A DNA stretch of 61,749 nucleotides, filler included, from Nemertoderma westbladi (Eukaryota; Animalia; Xenacoelomorpha), in assembly GCA_032718475.1 (NCBI GenBank). It is 4 parts of 4 records of this genome, joined end to end, with 100 filler letters (N's around TTAATTAATTAA, not from the genome) between each part and the next. Parts side by side here need not be neighbours in the genome. Positions count along the whole stretch, not along the records: positions 18,911 to 35,820 come from JAUCBJ010005764.1; positions 35,921 to 49,574 come from JAUCBJ010001338.1; 2 more parts are not named here. The stretch is one strand, 5' to 3'. Shown here piece after piece: positions 35,690-47,676 of the stretch; the first letter of the stretch is position 1, and every line of letters begins with the position of its first letter. The position numbers were made by a program, and so were the translations under genes. The notes beneath the pieces are model-generated. The model searched no databases. It worked only from the letters and a program-made list of their open reading frames with translations, and had not been told where the DNA came from.

Positions 35690-38642
35690 TATAGAATAAC
35701 TTCAAACCAAAATCATTAAAAATAACACAATATATAATGATAATCAATAAAACAATTATACCGAGTATTATTTTGAATATATTTAGAACACATTAATATA
35801 CAAAAATGATAATCTCTACTNNNNNNNNNNNNNNNNNNNNNNNNNNNNNNNNNNNNNNNNNNNNTTAATTAATTAANNNNNNNNNNNNNNNNNNNNNNNN
35901 NNNNNNNNNNNNNNNNNNNNTACGCCCTCCTCGAATAAAATGCCAGGGCGTTTATTCGAGTCCTACTAACTGTTGAGTCTTAGGACTGTACTGGACTACA
36001 TAATAATCACCGTGAAAGAAAATTGTCCAACATAGTAAAAGTTTGATTGACTATTGCCCGAAAATTGCAAATTTTATATAGAATGATAAAAATAGCAATA
36101 TTTGGAAATTTTCCATATTTTAAAATATTAATATTAAAATATATATATTATTGTTATTATTATTATTAATATATTAAAATTTTAAAATATTAATAAATGT
36201 CAGTATAAATTTATAAATCTGAATGTTAAATTAAAATAAAAGAAGCTCACTAACTTTTTATATTTATTCTACTTCTAATGTTTTTGCTATTCGAATATGG
36301 AAAATACTGAAATATTATAATAATATTGATTAAATAAAAAAAATTAAATAATATTACTTACTATATTCCTTGTCCTTGAATATAGTGCCGTTATTCAGAT
36401 AGTCCCCCCCCCCCCCCCCCACCCCTAAATATTTATACTAAATCGTAATGAGATTGCATGAAATTTGAAACAGAGATAGTTTCACCTCCCTCCTCCTTGC
36501 TGGGTGAGCCAGAATTTTTATTTTCGCTTTCATTTTTTAGCTACAAGCGTTTAAAAAAAGTGTCTCCGTCGATATTGCACCAGTTAGACCGCAGTTATTT
36601 TTCAAACATTTAGTGATTTGTTCGTTCTGTTTAAAATCTGGCCGTGCAAGGATTCTTAATATGTTACACAATCTGAATTCCGTAGAGGAATAGCTGAGAA
36701 ATGAAACGGGCGTTGCTACTTATGAGATAAATCTCATAAGTAGCTGATCGATCCACAATGCAATACGTATATAACTATAATAATACTAATAGTGAGTCAA
36801 TCTAGCAAAAAACCCATAAGTATTTCGCAATCAATCCGAACCACACATTTTGGATTCTGTATTACCTTATTAATGACCAAAAAAAGTCTATAAGATTTTA
36901 TTTTGGGGATCATATGTTTATTCATGGAAATTCTGCGTAAATTTGCATAACACAAGTCAAACAAAAGGAACAGTAGGGAAAAGTAAGTAGCAAATTGGTG
37001 ATGTTCCAGAATAATATAATTAATTTCACAATAAGCTGTGATTCAATGGGAAATTAGTAATATTTACACTGGAGTGTTACACATTAATTGCTATATCTCG
37101 GAAACTAGAAGTCGCATCAAATTTTTAAATATATCAAAAACTTCACGTTATATTAAGGTAACTGTTGTAAAAAAATCATACATTTCCACTGCAAGGAAAT
37201 TTCATAATTTCCATTAATGTTAGTGAAGATTTATCACATAATTAAATTGTGATTGCTCTATTGATTTTAGGTGTAATTTATTTATTTGTTTTAGTTTGAA
37301 AACCACAATAGTTTATCATATAACAAATACATTTTATGGGGATAAGGGTTTTTGAGGTCGATAAATCCGATGGGCGAGGATACATCCACCCGTTTAGTAG
37401 AGAAGTTGTGTAAAGTTCCTTATATTGTACCAGCAAAATTGGTATTAAAAATGGTTAAATTATTAGACAAATTTCCGTTGCTCTGGAAACTAAATTGGTA
37501 ACTATATAGAAGTGCATACTTCTGTCAATCGATAGTCATTAGAGTAAAGTTTGTCTGTACCAAATTTGGAGAAAATCCCACCAATAGACCCCTTGTTGCT
37601 ATGTAAAATCCATGTTGCTAAGGAAAGAAACAGGAAATTGAAGGTGATCCGCATAATATATTTTTATAGACTTTTTTGGGGGTATTAACAAGGAAATGCA
37701 GAATAAAAAAATTTGGTTTGGATGAATTGCGAATTTGTTATGGGTTGACCCCCCTTTTCGGATAGATTGACTCGCATATAACACGTGACTTTTCATACAT
37801 AAACAAAATGTTCCAGAATGTGTAAAAATAATCCCAAAGCCGGATATTTTAAAAATATCCCTACTTTTTCCTGAACCAGCTATACCTACTGGAACTGGAG
37901 GGAGCGTATCGCATCAATAACGAATTGTATTGTATTCCATTGTATTGGCTTAAGTTTAAATTTAATTTATTTTGGTAATTTTTGAAAATTTACATTAATT
38001 GTGAATTTTGTCAACAAGCGTTGTAATGGAAATCAGGTCAAAAATTGAAGTCCAGCAGGAGTCGGATTTTTTCTTAAAATCCGCACGGAATTCCGATCCG
38101 GCCGGATATCCGTCACACCCATATTAATTATTTATAAAATTGCCATATTCCCTATTTCAATAATATGAACGTAACCGATTGCCATTTTATATTTTGTTTA
38201 TTCTCTGCAGCGATTAACTGTTATGGTGTTTATATTGATCGAATAGATAACGGATTTTATTCATCATTAATATTCAATTCAGGACCACAACATTGCGATA
38301 ATTAATAGTGAATGGTTTGACTTTCAGGAGTTAAATAAAGACTTCTCATTCGGTGTACAAAGTTCAACATAACATAATATCATGGTTTCCCTTCAGAATT
38401 ATATAATACCGGTATTCAAATTTCTAATAATGTTAATTAAAAACATGGTTAGCAAGTTAGATACTTCGATAATTCAATTCCCCTACAAATGTAGATAAAA
38501 CTTTCTTCTGGGTGCAAAAGTTCAAACAAAATATGGGTTTTGCTAGAAGAAACACCAACACAACTTCAGTATTTAATTAATCAAACATTTAAAATTTAGT
38601 GCCATGAAATTGTTCGAATATGTATAACAAATGTGTATTATA

Positions 38643-39538
38643 TACCATAACCCTTAATACAACAACCATTTTTAGGGGGTCGGAGCCACCCCCCCCCCCC
38701 CCCTATTTTTCTTTCAAATTTCAATAAAATGCTACGAAATTTGGTATGATGATAGATCGACACCTTTTCTTACTGGTGGGTGGCCTGGCCGGATTTTTCA
38801 ATTTCTCAGTTATTTTCATACAACAATCCCTTAAAAATGTCTATTTAGCAATGTTTACCACCTCCGTAGACTTTATTTTAAATCTTTGAAATGTAATCTA
38901 GATATCATTAGAACCGCCTTCGTCTGTGGATTCCGAATCTGAAAACCGTTTTAAATTTAACCAAAAATAATTGGTAAAGATATTATCAAAATACTAATGT
39001 GTAAAAAAAGAGACTTGAATCGCTATAATTCTGATGTTTTGTTGTCTTTATTCTAGAATATTAATTATTATTTAGCTGAGCGTTTAAAACTCTCCAACTT
39101 GTTTTTTCATTATCCATAATTAATATTCTAGAATTGAGTAAAAAAACATTAGAATTATAGCGATTTATGTCTCAAAAATTTACACCTTAGTATTTTGATA
39201 ATATCTCCAGAAGTTCTTGGTGAAATTTACAACGGGTTTCATATTCGGAATCTGCAGATGAAGGCGGATCTAATGATATCTAGATATCATTCCAAAGACG
39301 AAAAATAAACATGACGGAGGTGGCTAAATATTGCGAAATAGACGATTTTTAACGGCTTGTTGTTTCGAAATAGCTCATAAATTAAAAAATCCGGTCAGGC
39401 CACCAGTAAGAAAAGGTGTCGATCTATCATCATACCAAATTTCGTAGCGTTTTATTGAAATTTGAAAAAAATTAGGGGGGGGGGGGGGGGGGGGGCTCCG
39501 ACCCCCTAAAAATGGTTGTTGTATTAAGGGTTATGGTG
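38643..39538. mobile_element. Foldback-type MITE: ~425-bp inverted arms, ~47-bp spacer, TA flanks (Tc1/mariner-like)
   Basis: TA|TACCATAACCCTTAATACAACAACCATTTTTAGGGGGTCGGAGCC is mirrored by ...GGCTCCGACCCCCTAAAAATGGTTGTTGTATTAAGGGTTATGGTG|TA. The arms match inward to ~39068 and ~39116. Confidence 0.92.
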
Positions 39539-39771
39539 TATATGAATACGGTTTCCAATAATTCTAACCAATATTACAACTGATAAAATATAATAATAAT
39601 ATTATAAACGGCCTATCTGGGGGTTCGTATATTATGAAGTATTAATATTTAGCCGAACTATATGATTGTCTACGTGCATCATATACGTAGCAGTCGATGC
39701 GACAAGATAAAACCAACAATAGTAGATTAAGTTTATAGCTCTGTAAATGGTCCGTTGATATTCTGTGTTTT

Positions 39772-39873
39772 TTAAGTCCCAGATGGACCGGCTTGCAGGA
39801 CGTCAGGCAACGGGGATTTGGGGTGTTTGTTCTCGAAGTGATCCCGATATGTTTTTGGGTCGCACATCTGCGC
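39772..39873 (-). CDS. ZNF706: Zinc finger protein 706 (4F5/SERF-like + C2H2), last coding exon: AQMCDPKTYRDHFENKHPKSPLPDVLQAGPSGT*
   Basis: Manual translation. The acceptor TTTTTCCTGCAG is phase 0, and the exon completes the C2H2 finger started in the upstream exon. Total 76 aa. Confidence 0.93.
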   Translation of the reverse strand, partial: AQMCDPKTYRDHFENKHPKSPLPDVLQAGPSGT

Positions 39874-41049
39874 CTGCAGGAAAAATATGAAGTTAAATAG
39901 TTAGACTATAAGTATGTTATGCATGTGACTTTGGTTAGGAAATAGCTGAGATGGGCGTTTGAATGTCAAATCCCATACGTAACTGGGCAACAATGCAATG
40001 CCTCATTAATCATACTATTACGTAGCTATTCATGAGACAGAGGGTGGAAACTCGACGCAAAACCCACCTTGGCGAATTAATATCCCGCCTCAATGTTAAA
40101 TTCTCAATTTAGGGAAAGGAGCAGGTTACAGCGGCACGTTATTTTAACCAAAACAATAAACTAAACACAAAAAATAGAACAGGTTACAGTTTTATTTTTG
40201 AGAGTAATCATCTGTTATTGGCGTCCAATTTACCCTGGAGAGGGATGAATTTTAATTGCGTCCAGTCCCCCCCCCCCCCCCCCCCTATCTGCTATTCATA
40301 CATAAATAAAATGTTCTAGAAAATTGTGTTTTTTGTTAATATAATAAAATCGCCTCGCGCAAGTGCAAAACCATTTAACTTTTGAACGCTCATATCTGCA
40401 TGTATCAGCTATCTTATTTAGAATCCTTGCACGTCTAGCTTTCCATCAGTACCAACAAATAACACTAAGGTTGAATAATAACTGCGGTGTAACTTGTTCA
40501 ATATCGACGGATACACCTTTTTTTAAACGCTTGTAGCTAAAGATTGAAAGCAAAAATAAAAATTATGGCTCACCCAGTAAGGAGGAGGGAGGTGAAACTA
40601 TCTCTGTTTAAAATGTCATGCAATCTCATTAAGATTTGTAAAAAAATTTGTGTGGGGGGGGGGGGGGGATATGTAGGCCTACCAGAATAACGACACTATA
40701 CTGCACTGCTATATCTCATCTGTATATTCCAGGACATGGTGTATTATGATGATATTTCCGTTTTCCGACAACCTGAGCTGAAGGGAATTTCTAAATCTGT
40801 AACTTGAAAGAAATTGTTCTCTCGGTTAGTTTACAATCAGAGTCAGATTCCCGTTTCCGATTCCGACCAAAAACGTACGATAGCGTTTAGTGTAGCGTAA
40901 CTTCTAAAAGATAATCTTGAACTCGGGTGTAGCGACCGAATTTCCGGTTTGTCGAAAGACAAAGACGCGCTGTACTGAGATAGGAAGGTCTAACAAACTG
41001 TCTAGCAAAAATCAAAATGTAATACTGAGGGGATATATCATGCTAGACT

Positions 41050-41591
41050 AGAGGCGCCACTTTTTCACGAATCTAGTTCGTAGTTGGCCTCACAGGTTAC
41101 AAGAGTGACGGTCCAAACCCTAATTAAAGCAGTAATTTAACCCTAACCCTAAGTCATGCATGAGGCTCTAATCTAAGAAATTTTGTGTAATTTCGGACAA
41201 TACTAGGCCTAATGTCCCTTCGGGCCAATAGCAAAAAGCCGTAATTCCACAAAATTTCTTAGATTAGAGCCTCATGACTTTTGAACATAACCGTAAGACT
41301 TTAGGGTTAAATTACCGGTACTGCTTTTATTATGGTTTGCGCCTGACCAACAAACCATAATCTAAACAACCTAACCTTAATCCCAAAACAACAAACCAAA
41401 CAAACTAATATCCCACCCAGACAGTACTGCTGTACTGCAGTACGGTACAGCGGTACCGGTACCTACAAAACACAGAAACACCCCAATAACCAAGTCATTA
41501 AGCAGTTAAGTAACCCAAGACAGCCTGACAGGCAAGTAAAAATAACACTGCTGCACTATGCATATCTGCATATAAAAAGTGGCGCCTGTAG
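41050..41591. mobile_element. Unclassified palindromic element in the ZNF706 intron
   Basis: The outer IR is TAGAGGCGCCACTTTTT / AAAAAGTGGCGCCTGTA. The inner IR is CATGAGGCTCTAATCTAAGAAATTTTGTG (~41159-88) / CACAAAATTTCTTAGATTAGAGCCTCATG (~41248-77). Confidence 0.7.
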
Positions 41592-41675
41592 TGTGATAGA
41601 GTCAATACTGATGTACCGGTGTCAGAGTGCACTATATTTATTATACTTTTTTTTTAATTATACTCAGTTACTTAC

Positions 41676-41804
41676 CCGACAGACCGTACAGGTAAACTGC
41701 AGAGCAGCAGCTGCCGACGCCCTCTGACTTGTATCACCCTTCTTCTTTTTATTCGCTTCCGCGCGCTTCTGCTGAGCTTGTATTTTCTGCTGTCCTCGTG
41801 TCAT
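41676..41804 (-). CDS. ZNF706: Zinc finger protein 706, first coding exon: MTRGQQKIQAQQKRAEANKKKKGDTSQRASAAAALQFTCTVCR
   Basis: Manual translation closely matches the ZNF706 N-terminus (MARGQQKIQSQQK...AAL.YTCTVCR). There is a perfect GTAAGT donor at 41675, and an AG acceptor 6 nt before the ATG suggests an upstream non-coding exon. Confidence 0.95.
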
Positions 41805-42626
41805 TATGAACTATAAGATACCGCGCAACCTGCAACCGGTACCACAGTACCTACAATGCTGCTATCTGACTTGTACTGCTGTACTGATCACTGGATCATC
41901 CAATCTCAGAATCTGCTAACTGCAGACTGACTTTACAGCTTTACAAAGGGACAAATTATTGTTACAACTTTTTTTTAGAATGGCGAGGGCGAGTCAAATA
42001 CGAATCGAAGATTGTACTATTACAATAAAATTAAAAAAAATTAGGTTCATAAATAAAATATAAATAAATTGTCAAAGGTTACAAAATAACAAATAAAAAA
42101 AAAAGGTTACTCTCTCTCTTCTAACTTTAATAATGAACCCAGGTTAGGGGTAGCCTATAACCGTAAATAAGCCGTAAATCCCGGATTTTCGGAAATCCCC
42201 TCCTCCTGTCCGCAAGCTCTTCTGGTTTTGCCACACCCCCCCCCCCCCCTCCCCCCTCCCTCTCCCCTACTTCGGACGTCCGAATCTAGAAACGGGTATG
42301 TTAATTTCATGGGGTATTTATGGCCGAATATGGGAATCAGGTTTCGTATCTACATCTTCTACACCTTCAGCTGCAACTTCTACATTTGCACCATCGCGAT
42401 TACGAGCTGGAGTTTCCACTTTACTGATTATCGTCCCATATCCTATGAAACCAAATGTTGGTACTGTATAAAACTACAGTATACAGTATAGTACTGTAAA
42501 AATATTAAGTGGAAAAAATAACAAATTATTGATTGCAATACCCCGCGATCATGATTGCGTGGGACAATTATTGCATGATTGGATGGGTACTGTAACGGAG
42601 TTTAAAGCGTTTGGATGTATTGCCGG

Positions 42627-43478
42627 TGTAAAAGCGGATTCTGTCCCCCGAAGAATCGGTCCCCCCGGACCGGATCTGCTTGCAGATTTGGTCGCCCCAG
42701 GTCCAAATCTGCTAGCGGATTGGGTCCTCGTCCCCCCCCCCCCCCCCCCCCCCCCCCCGAAAATACTATCTGTAAAACTATTTATATTAGGTAATTAATT
42801 CATTTAATTATTAATTAAACGAATGACACGAACTGACACCAATGACAAAACCAACCAATGACACCTGACAACTCGAACTACAGTATGAATATTACTGTAA
42901 TAGGGATAGTAAAATATCTTTCCACTCATCCTGTTCGTCGACGCGCCGTTCTGCGCTATCCAATCTCTTCCCCTCATTTTTGTTGCCTTTACCCCCGTGG
43001 CGTAACGAGTGGGTAGCGGTCCGATTAGGTCGATCCCTATACGCTGCCACACTTTCGCTACCACCACAGTGGAGTTCAGCTCGGGTGAAGAAGCAGACAC
43101 CAACTTAGAACTACGTTGCCCATCACAGCACTTGACATATTGGTCGCAGTCCTTAACTAGCGAAGACCAGTAATACCTGGAAGATACTTTATCCCGAGTT
43201 TTATCTCTTCCGAAATGTCCAGCTAGTTTGTCAGTGTGACAAGCGGCAACAATTTTTCGCTGATCATTAATAGAAGGAACCCATCGAACTTTGGAATTTT
43301 CTAAATCATCGTTTGCATTTTTCTGATACAATAATGACGAATCTATAATGTTAAAATTAGCCGCTTTCCTGCGTATAGTTCTCTTCTGCAACTTTGTTGA
43401 ATTGACTGGATATGTGTCATCTCCCGAAATATAATTATAGACGGCTTGATAAAGCTGCGTCTCATCGAAGTTGGCCAT
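42627..43478 (-). mobile_element. Ginger1/GIN1-like integrase DNA transposon remnant (N-terminal region + H2C2 zinc-binding domain, truncated at the start of the DDE core)
   Basis: ORF 42804-43478 reads YP..STKLQKRTIRRKAANF...LLY...CH..LAGHFGRDKT...RYYW..LVKDC.QYVKCC...WQRIGIDLIGPLP. One terminus, CCGG|TGTAAAAGCGGATTC at 42627, carries GGACC/GGTCC-GATTTG sub-repeats. The other terminus was not found. Confidence 0.8.
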
Positions 43479-43914
43479 TATAGCCTACTGTAACTGTAGT
43501 AGGCGACTATACTGTATCAGTATATACAAATGTGGGAATTTAATTTAACGCAGTAGCTACCGGTACTGCAGTTTAAATCAGTCTGCAGGTCTGACCGATA
43601 CTGATAATTTATTGCATAAGCTACGCTGCTATTAATTTATAGATTTCTATATTAATTTCGAGAATATAATGAGGGGGGGGGGGGGGGGGTAAACTCTACG
43701 CATGACCTAATTATGCGGCATAACAGGCTACTGCGGCCTCTTAAAAAACGAGGCCAGATTTTTTTAGAATATTTTGATATGATGAGAGTTCTATAAATTT
43801 TTAGCTTGTGTTTTAGGTAGGTTTAGCTTGAAATGTCGTCACTAGTTCCGACATCATACTTCCTTATATAAATATTTTGAAGTCAAGTGAATGAATGTTC
43901 TTTGTGAATGTATT

Positions 43915-44290
43915 TGAATGATTTTGAATGTCAAGTACAATGCACACATCTCCAAGCAGATACTATATAATATTGAAGATGTCTCATTGGTTACCCCAAG
44001 CTTGACACTAGAACAAAATCGCCTCCGCTTTGCAGGACATTGCTTTCGCCGTGAGGACCAGCCAGTGCATAATCTTATACTTTGGCAGCCTCATGGAGTG
44101 AATAAGCATGGTGGACAGCCCATGACTTTCTTGAGACGCATCTTAAAGGACACTGGCCTTTAAGATGCGGATGATCTAGAAAATGTCATGGGTGATAGGG
44201 AGTTGTGGCGGCGCAATTTTGTCGACAAGCCGGCACAGCATTTTTTAAAATGCAGCTGCAATGCAGTATGCCGATCCTAGTAGTAGTAGT
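43915..44290 (+). mobile_element. RTE LINE 3' fragment with (TAG)n tail
   Basis: ILNVKYNAHIS...NRLRFAGHCFRREDQPVHNLILWQP is homologous to 17921-18394. The tail is CCTAGTAGTAGTAGT at ~44276-90. Confidence 0.8.
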
Positions 44291-44498
44291 TATAGCTGTG
44301 TTAATGTGAAATGTCATCCCCATAGGCCAGCAGACCTTACTGTAAATATTATCACGGTTGAAGGGAAGCGAACTTAGATACTACAGTACCACCAATATAT
44401 TGCAATGAATTAGCTATTATAATTGAAAAATTATAGTTTGTTGGTGAATCACTGATCGCAACTACTACAATATTAAGGGCTTTTCATAGCATAAATTG

Positions 44499-46948
44499 GG
44501 ATGTAAGTTCACCTAGTTAGGATCTAAGTTCATCTAGTTAGGATCTAAGTTCACCTAGTTAGGATCTAAGTTCACCTAGTTAGGATCTAAGTTCATCTAG
44601 TTAGGATCTAAGTTCACCTAGTTAGGATCTAAGTTCACCTAGTTAGGATCTAAGTTCACCTAGTTAGGATCTAAGTTCATCTAGTTAGGATCTAAGTTCA
44701 CCTAGTTAGGATCTAAGTTCACCTAGTTAGGATCTAAGTTCACCTAGTTAGGATCTAAGTTCACCTAGTTAGGATCTAAGTTCACCTAGTTAGGATCTAA
44801 GTTCACCTAGTTAGGATCTAAGTTCATCTAGTTAGGATCTAAGTTCACCTAGTTAGGATCTAAGTTCATCTAGTTAGGATCTAAGTTCACCTAGTTAGGA
44901 TCTAAGTTCATCTAGTTAGGATCTAAGTTCACCTAGTTAGGATCTAAGTTCACCTAGTTAGGATCTAAGTTCACCTAGTTAGGATCTAAGTTCACCTAGT
45001 TAGGATCTAAGTTCATCTAGTTAGGATCTAAGTTCACCTAGTTAGGATCTAAGTTCATCTAGTTAGGATCTAAGTTCACCTAGTCAGGATCCAAGTTCAT
45101 CTAGTTAGGATCTAAGTTCACCTAGTTAGGATCTAAGTTCACCTAGTTAGGATCTAAGTTAACCTAGTTAGGATCTAAGTTAACCTAGTTAGGATCTAAG
45201 TTCACCTAGTTAGGATCTAAGTTCACCTAGTTAGGATCTAAGTTCACCTAGTTAGGATCTAAGTTCACCTAGTTAGGATCTAAGTTCACCTAGTTAGGAT
45301 CTAAGTTCATCTAGTTAGGATCTAAGTTCACCTAGTTAGGATCTAAGTTCATCTAGTTAGGATCTAAGTTCACCTAGTTAGGATCTAAGTTCACCTAGTT
45401 AGGATCTAAGTTCACCTAGTTAGGATCTAAGTTCACCTAGTTAGGATCTAAGTTCATCTAGTTAGGATCTAAGTTCACCTAGTTAGGATCTAAGTTCATC
45501 TAGTTAGGATCTAAGTTCACCTAGTTAGGATCTAAGTTCATCTAGTTAGGATCTAAGTTCACCTAGTTAGGATCTAAGTTCATCTAGTTAGGATCTAAGT
45601 TCTCCTAGTTAGGATCTAAGTTCATCTAGTTAGGATCTAAGTTCACCTAGTTAGGATCTAAGTTCACCTAGTTAGGATCTAAGTTAACCTAGTTAGGATC
45701 TAAGTTAACCTAGTTAGGATCTAAGTTCACCTAGTTAGGATCTAAGTTCACCTAGTTAGGATCTAAGTTCACCTAGTTAGGATCTAAGTTCACCTAGTTA
45801 GGATCTAAGTTCACCTAGTTAGGATCTAAGTTCATCTAGTTAGGATCTAAGTTCACCTAGTTAGGATCTAAGTTCATCTAGTTAGGATCTAAGTTCACCT
45901 AGTCAGGATCCAAGTTCATCTAGTTAGGATCTAAGTTCACCTAGTTAGGATCTAAGTTCACCTAGTTAGGATCTAAGTTAACCTAGTTAGGATCTAAGTT
46001 AACCTAGTTAGGATCTAAGTTCACCTAGTTAGGATCTAAGTTCATCTAGTTAGGATCTAAGTTCACCTAGTTAGGATCTAAGTTCACCTAGTTAGGATCT
46101 AAGTTCACCTAGTTAGGATCTAAGTTCATCTAGTTAGGATCTAAGTTCACCTAGTTAGGATCCAAGTTCATCTAGTTAGGATCTAAGTTCACCTAGTTAG
46201 GATCCAAGTTCATCTAGTTAGGATCTAAGTTCTCCTAGTTAGGATCTAAGTTCATCTAGTTAGGATCTAAGTTCACCTAGTTAGGATCTAAGTTCACCTA
46301 GTTAGGATCTAAGTTAACCTAGTTAGGATCTAAGTTAACCTAGTTAGGATCTAAGTTCACCTAGTTAGGATCTAAGTTCACCTAGTTAGGATCTAAGTTC
46401 ACCTAGTTAGGATCTAAGTTCACCTAGTTAGGATCTAAGTTCACCTAGTTAGGATCTAAGTTCATCTAGTTAGGATCTAAGTTCACCTAGTTAGGATCCA
46501 AGTTCATCTAGTTAGGATCTAAGTTCACCTAGTTAGGATCTAAGTTCATCTAGTTAGGATCTAAGTTCACCTAGTTAGGATCTAAGTTCACCTAGTTAGG
46601 ATCTAAGTTCACCTAGTTAGGATCTAAGTTCATCTAGTTAGGATCTAAGTTCACCTAGTTAGGATCCAAGTTCATCTAGTTAGGATCTAAGTTCACCTAG
46701 TTAGGATCTAAGTTCACCTAGTTAGGATCTAAGTTCACCTAGTTAGGATCTAAGTTCACCTAGTTAGGATCTAAGTTCACCTAGTTAGGATCTAAGTTCA
46801 CCTAGTTAGGATCTAAGTTCACCTAGTTAGGATCTAAGTTCACCTAGTTAGGATCTAAGTTAACCTAGTTAGGATCTAAGTTAACCTAGTTAGGATCTAA
46901 GTTAACCTAGTTAGGATCTAAGTTCACCCAGATAGGATCTATGTTCGC
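44499..46948. repeat. Tandem satellite, 21-bp unit GGATCTAAGTTCA[C/T]CTAGTTA, ~116 copies
   Basis: The 21-bp period is read directly (CCTAG at 44701 and 44722). Degenerate copies continue to ~47015. Confidence 0.99.
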
Positions 46949-47676
46949 ATATATAGGACCTAAGTTCGCAAAGATCCATGTTCAACAAAGTCAGGCCTTG
47001 CGTGATCTAAGTTCGTTTTACCGCTCGAAACAAATTGACTTTCAAATATTAGCCTGCTGCCAGTCGTCCAAAAATGCTAAATAAAATCCTTCCCTAAAAT
47101 TTATACAGTCAGTTAATTTGTATAGAAAATGTTCCAGAACATTTTAGCTATTAATTATAAAAATATATTTTCTAGAACAAATATATGTTTTGTTCTAGAA
47201 CATTTTTTAGAAAAAATCTGGATTCTATTTAAAACGCTGAAGAAAAATTGTGAAAAAAAATTTTGAAAAAAAAAAATTTTTTTATTTATTTTAAACACGT
47301 TTTAGAACGATGCCATGCGTTTTAAATAGAATCCAGATTTTTTTCTAAAAAATGTTTAGAACAAAAAGTATTTGTAATTGTATTTGTATATATCTGTACC
47401 ATGGCCTATCTGTACCCATATCAAAGTATTGTAAAAAAAAAACTGGCCTCTTTTTATAAAGATGCCACAGTAGCTTGTTAGGCCGTACGCTACGCTTTCG
47501 CATATACACGACACGCCTACACTTATACCCACACCTCTATATGTACTTGTTGTAGGCAGATTTAGTAAAGAAGCAGGTTACAGTAACGTAAGCGCGGGGG
47601 GGGGGGGGGGGGGGTGTAGATGTAAAGTTTATCCCCAATATATTATCGTTCAGTTTGTTGTCACGGACCTGTTTAC

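Larger units (their letters stand above)
43716..47485. mobile_element. TIR-bounded non-autonomous DNA transposon (Tc1/mariner/pogo-like) enclosing an RTE fragment and the 21-bp satellite
   Basis: CGGCATAACAGGCTACTGCGGCCTCTTAAAAAACGAGGCCAGATTTTTTT (43716-65) matches the reverse complement of 47433-85 (CGGCCTAACAAGCTACTGTGGCATCTTTATAAAAAGAGGCCAGTTTTTT). Flanks are TG/TA. Confidence 0.65.

Noticed and set aside
36370-40743. A single 4.4-kb transposon bounded by ~340-bp inverted repeats
   Set aside because: The interval contains the last coding exon of the intact ZNF706 gene, and a third copy lies at 28565. Independent insertions of a common family are more likely.
42316-42450. Short minus-strand frame GFIGYGTIISKVETPARNRDGANVEVAAEGVEDVDTKPDSHIRP*
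   Set aside because: No recognisable homology or convincing splice context.
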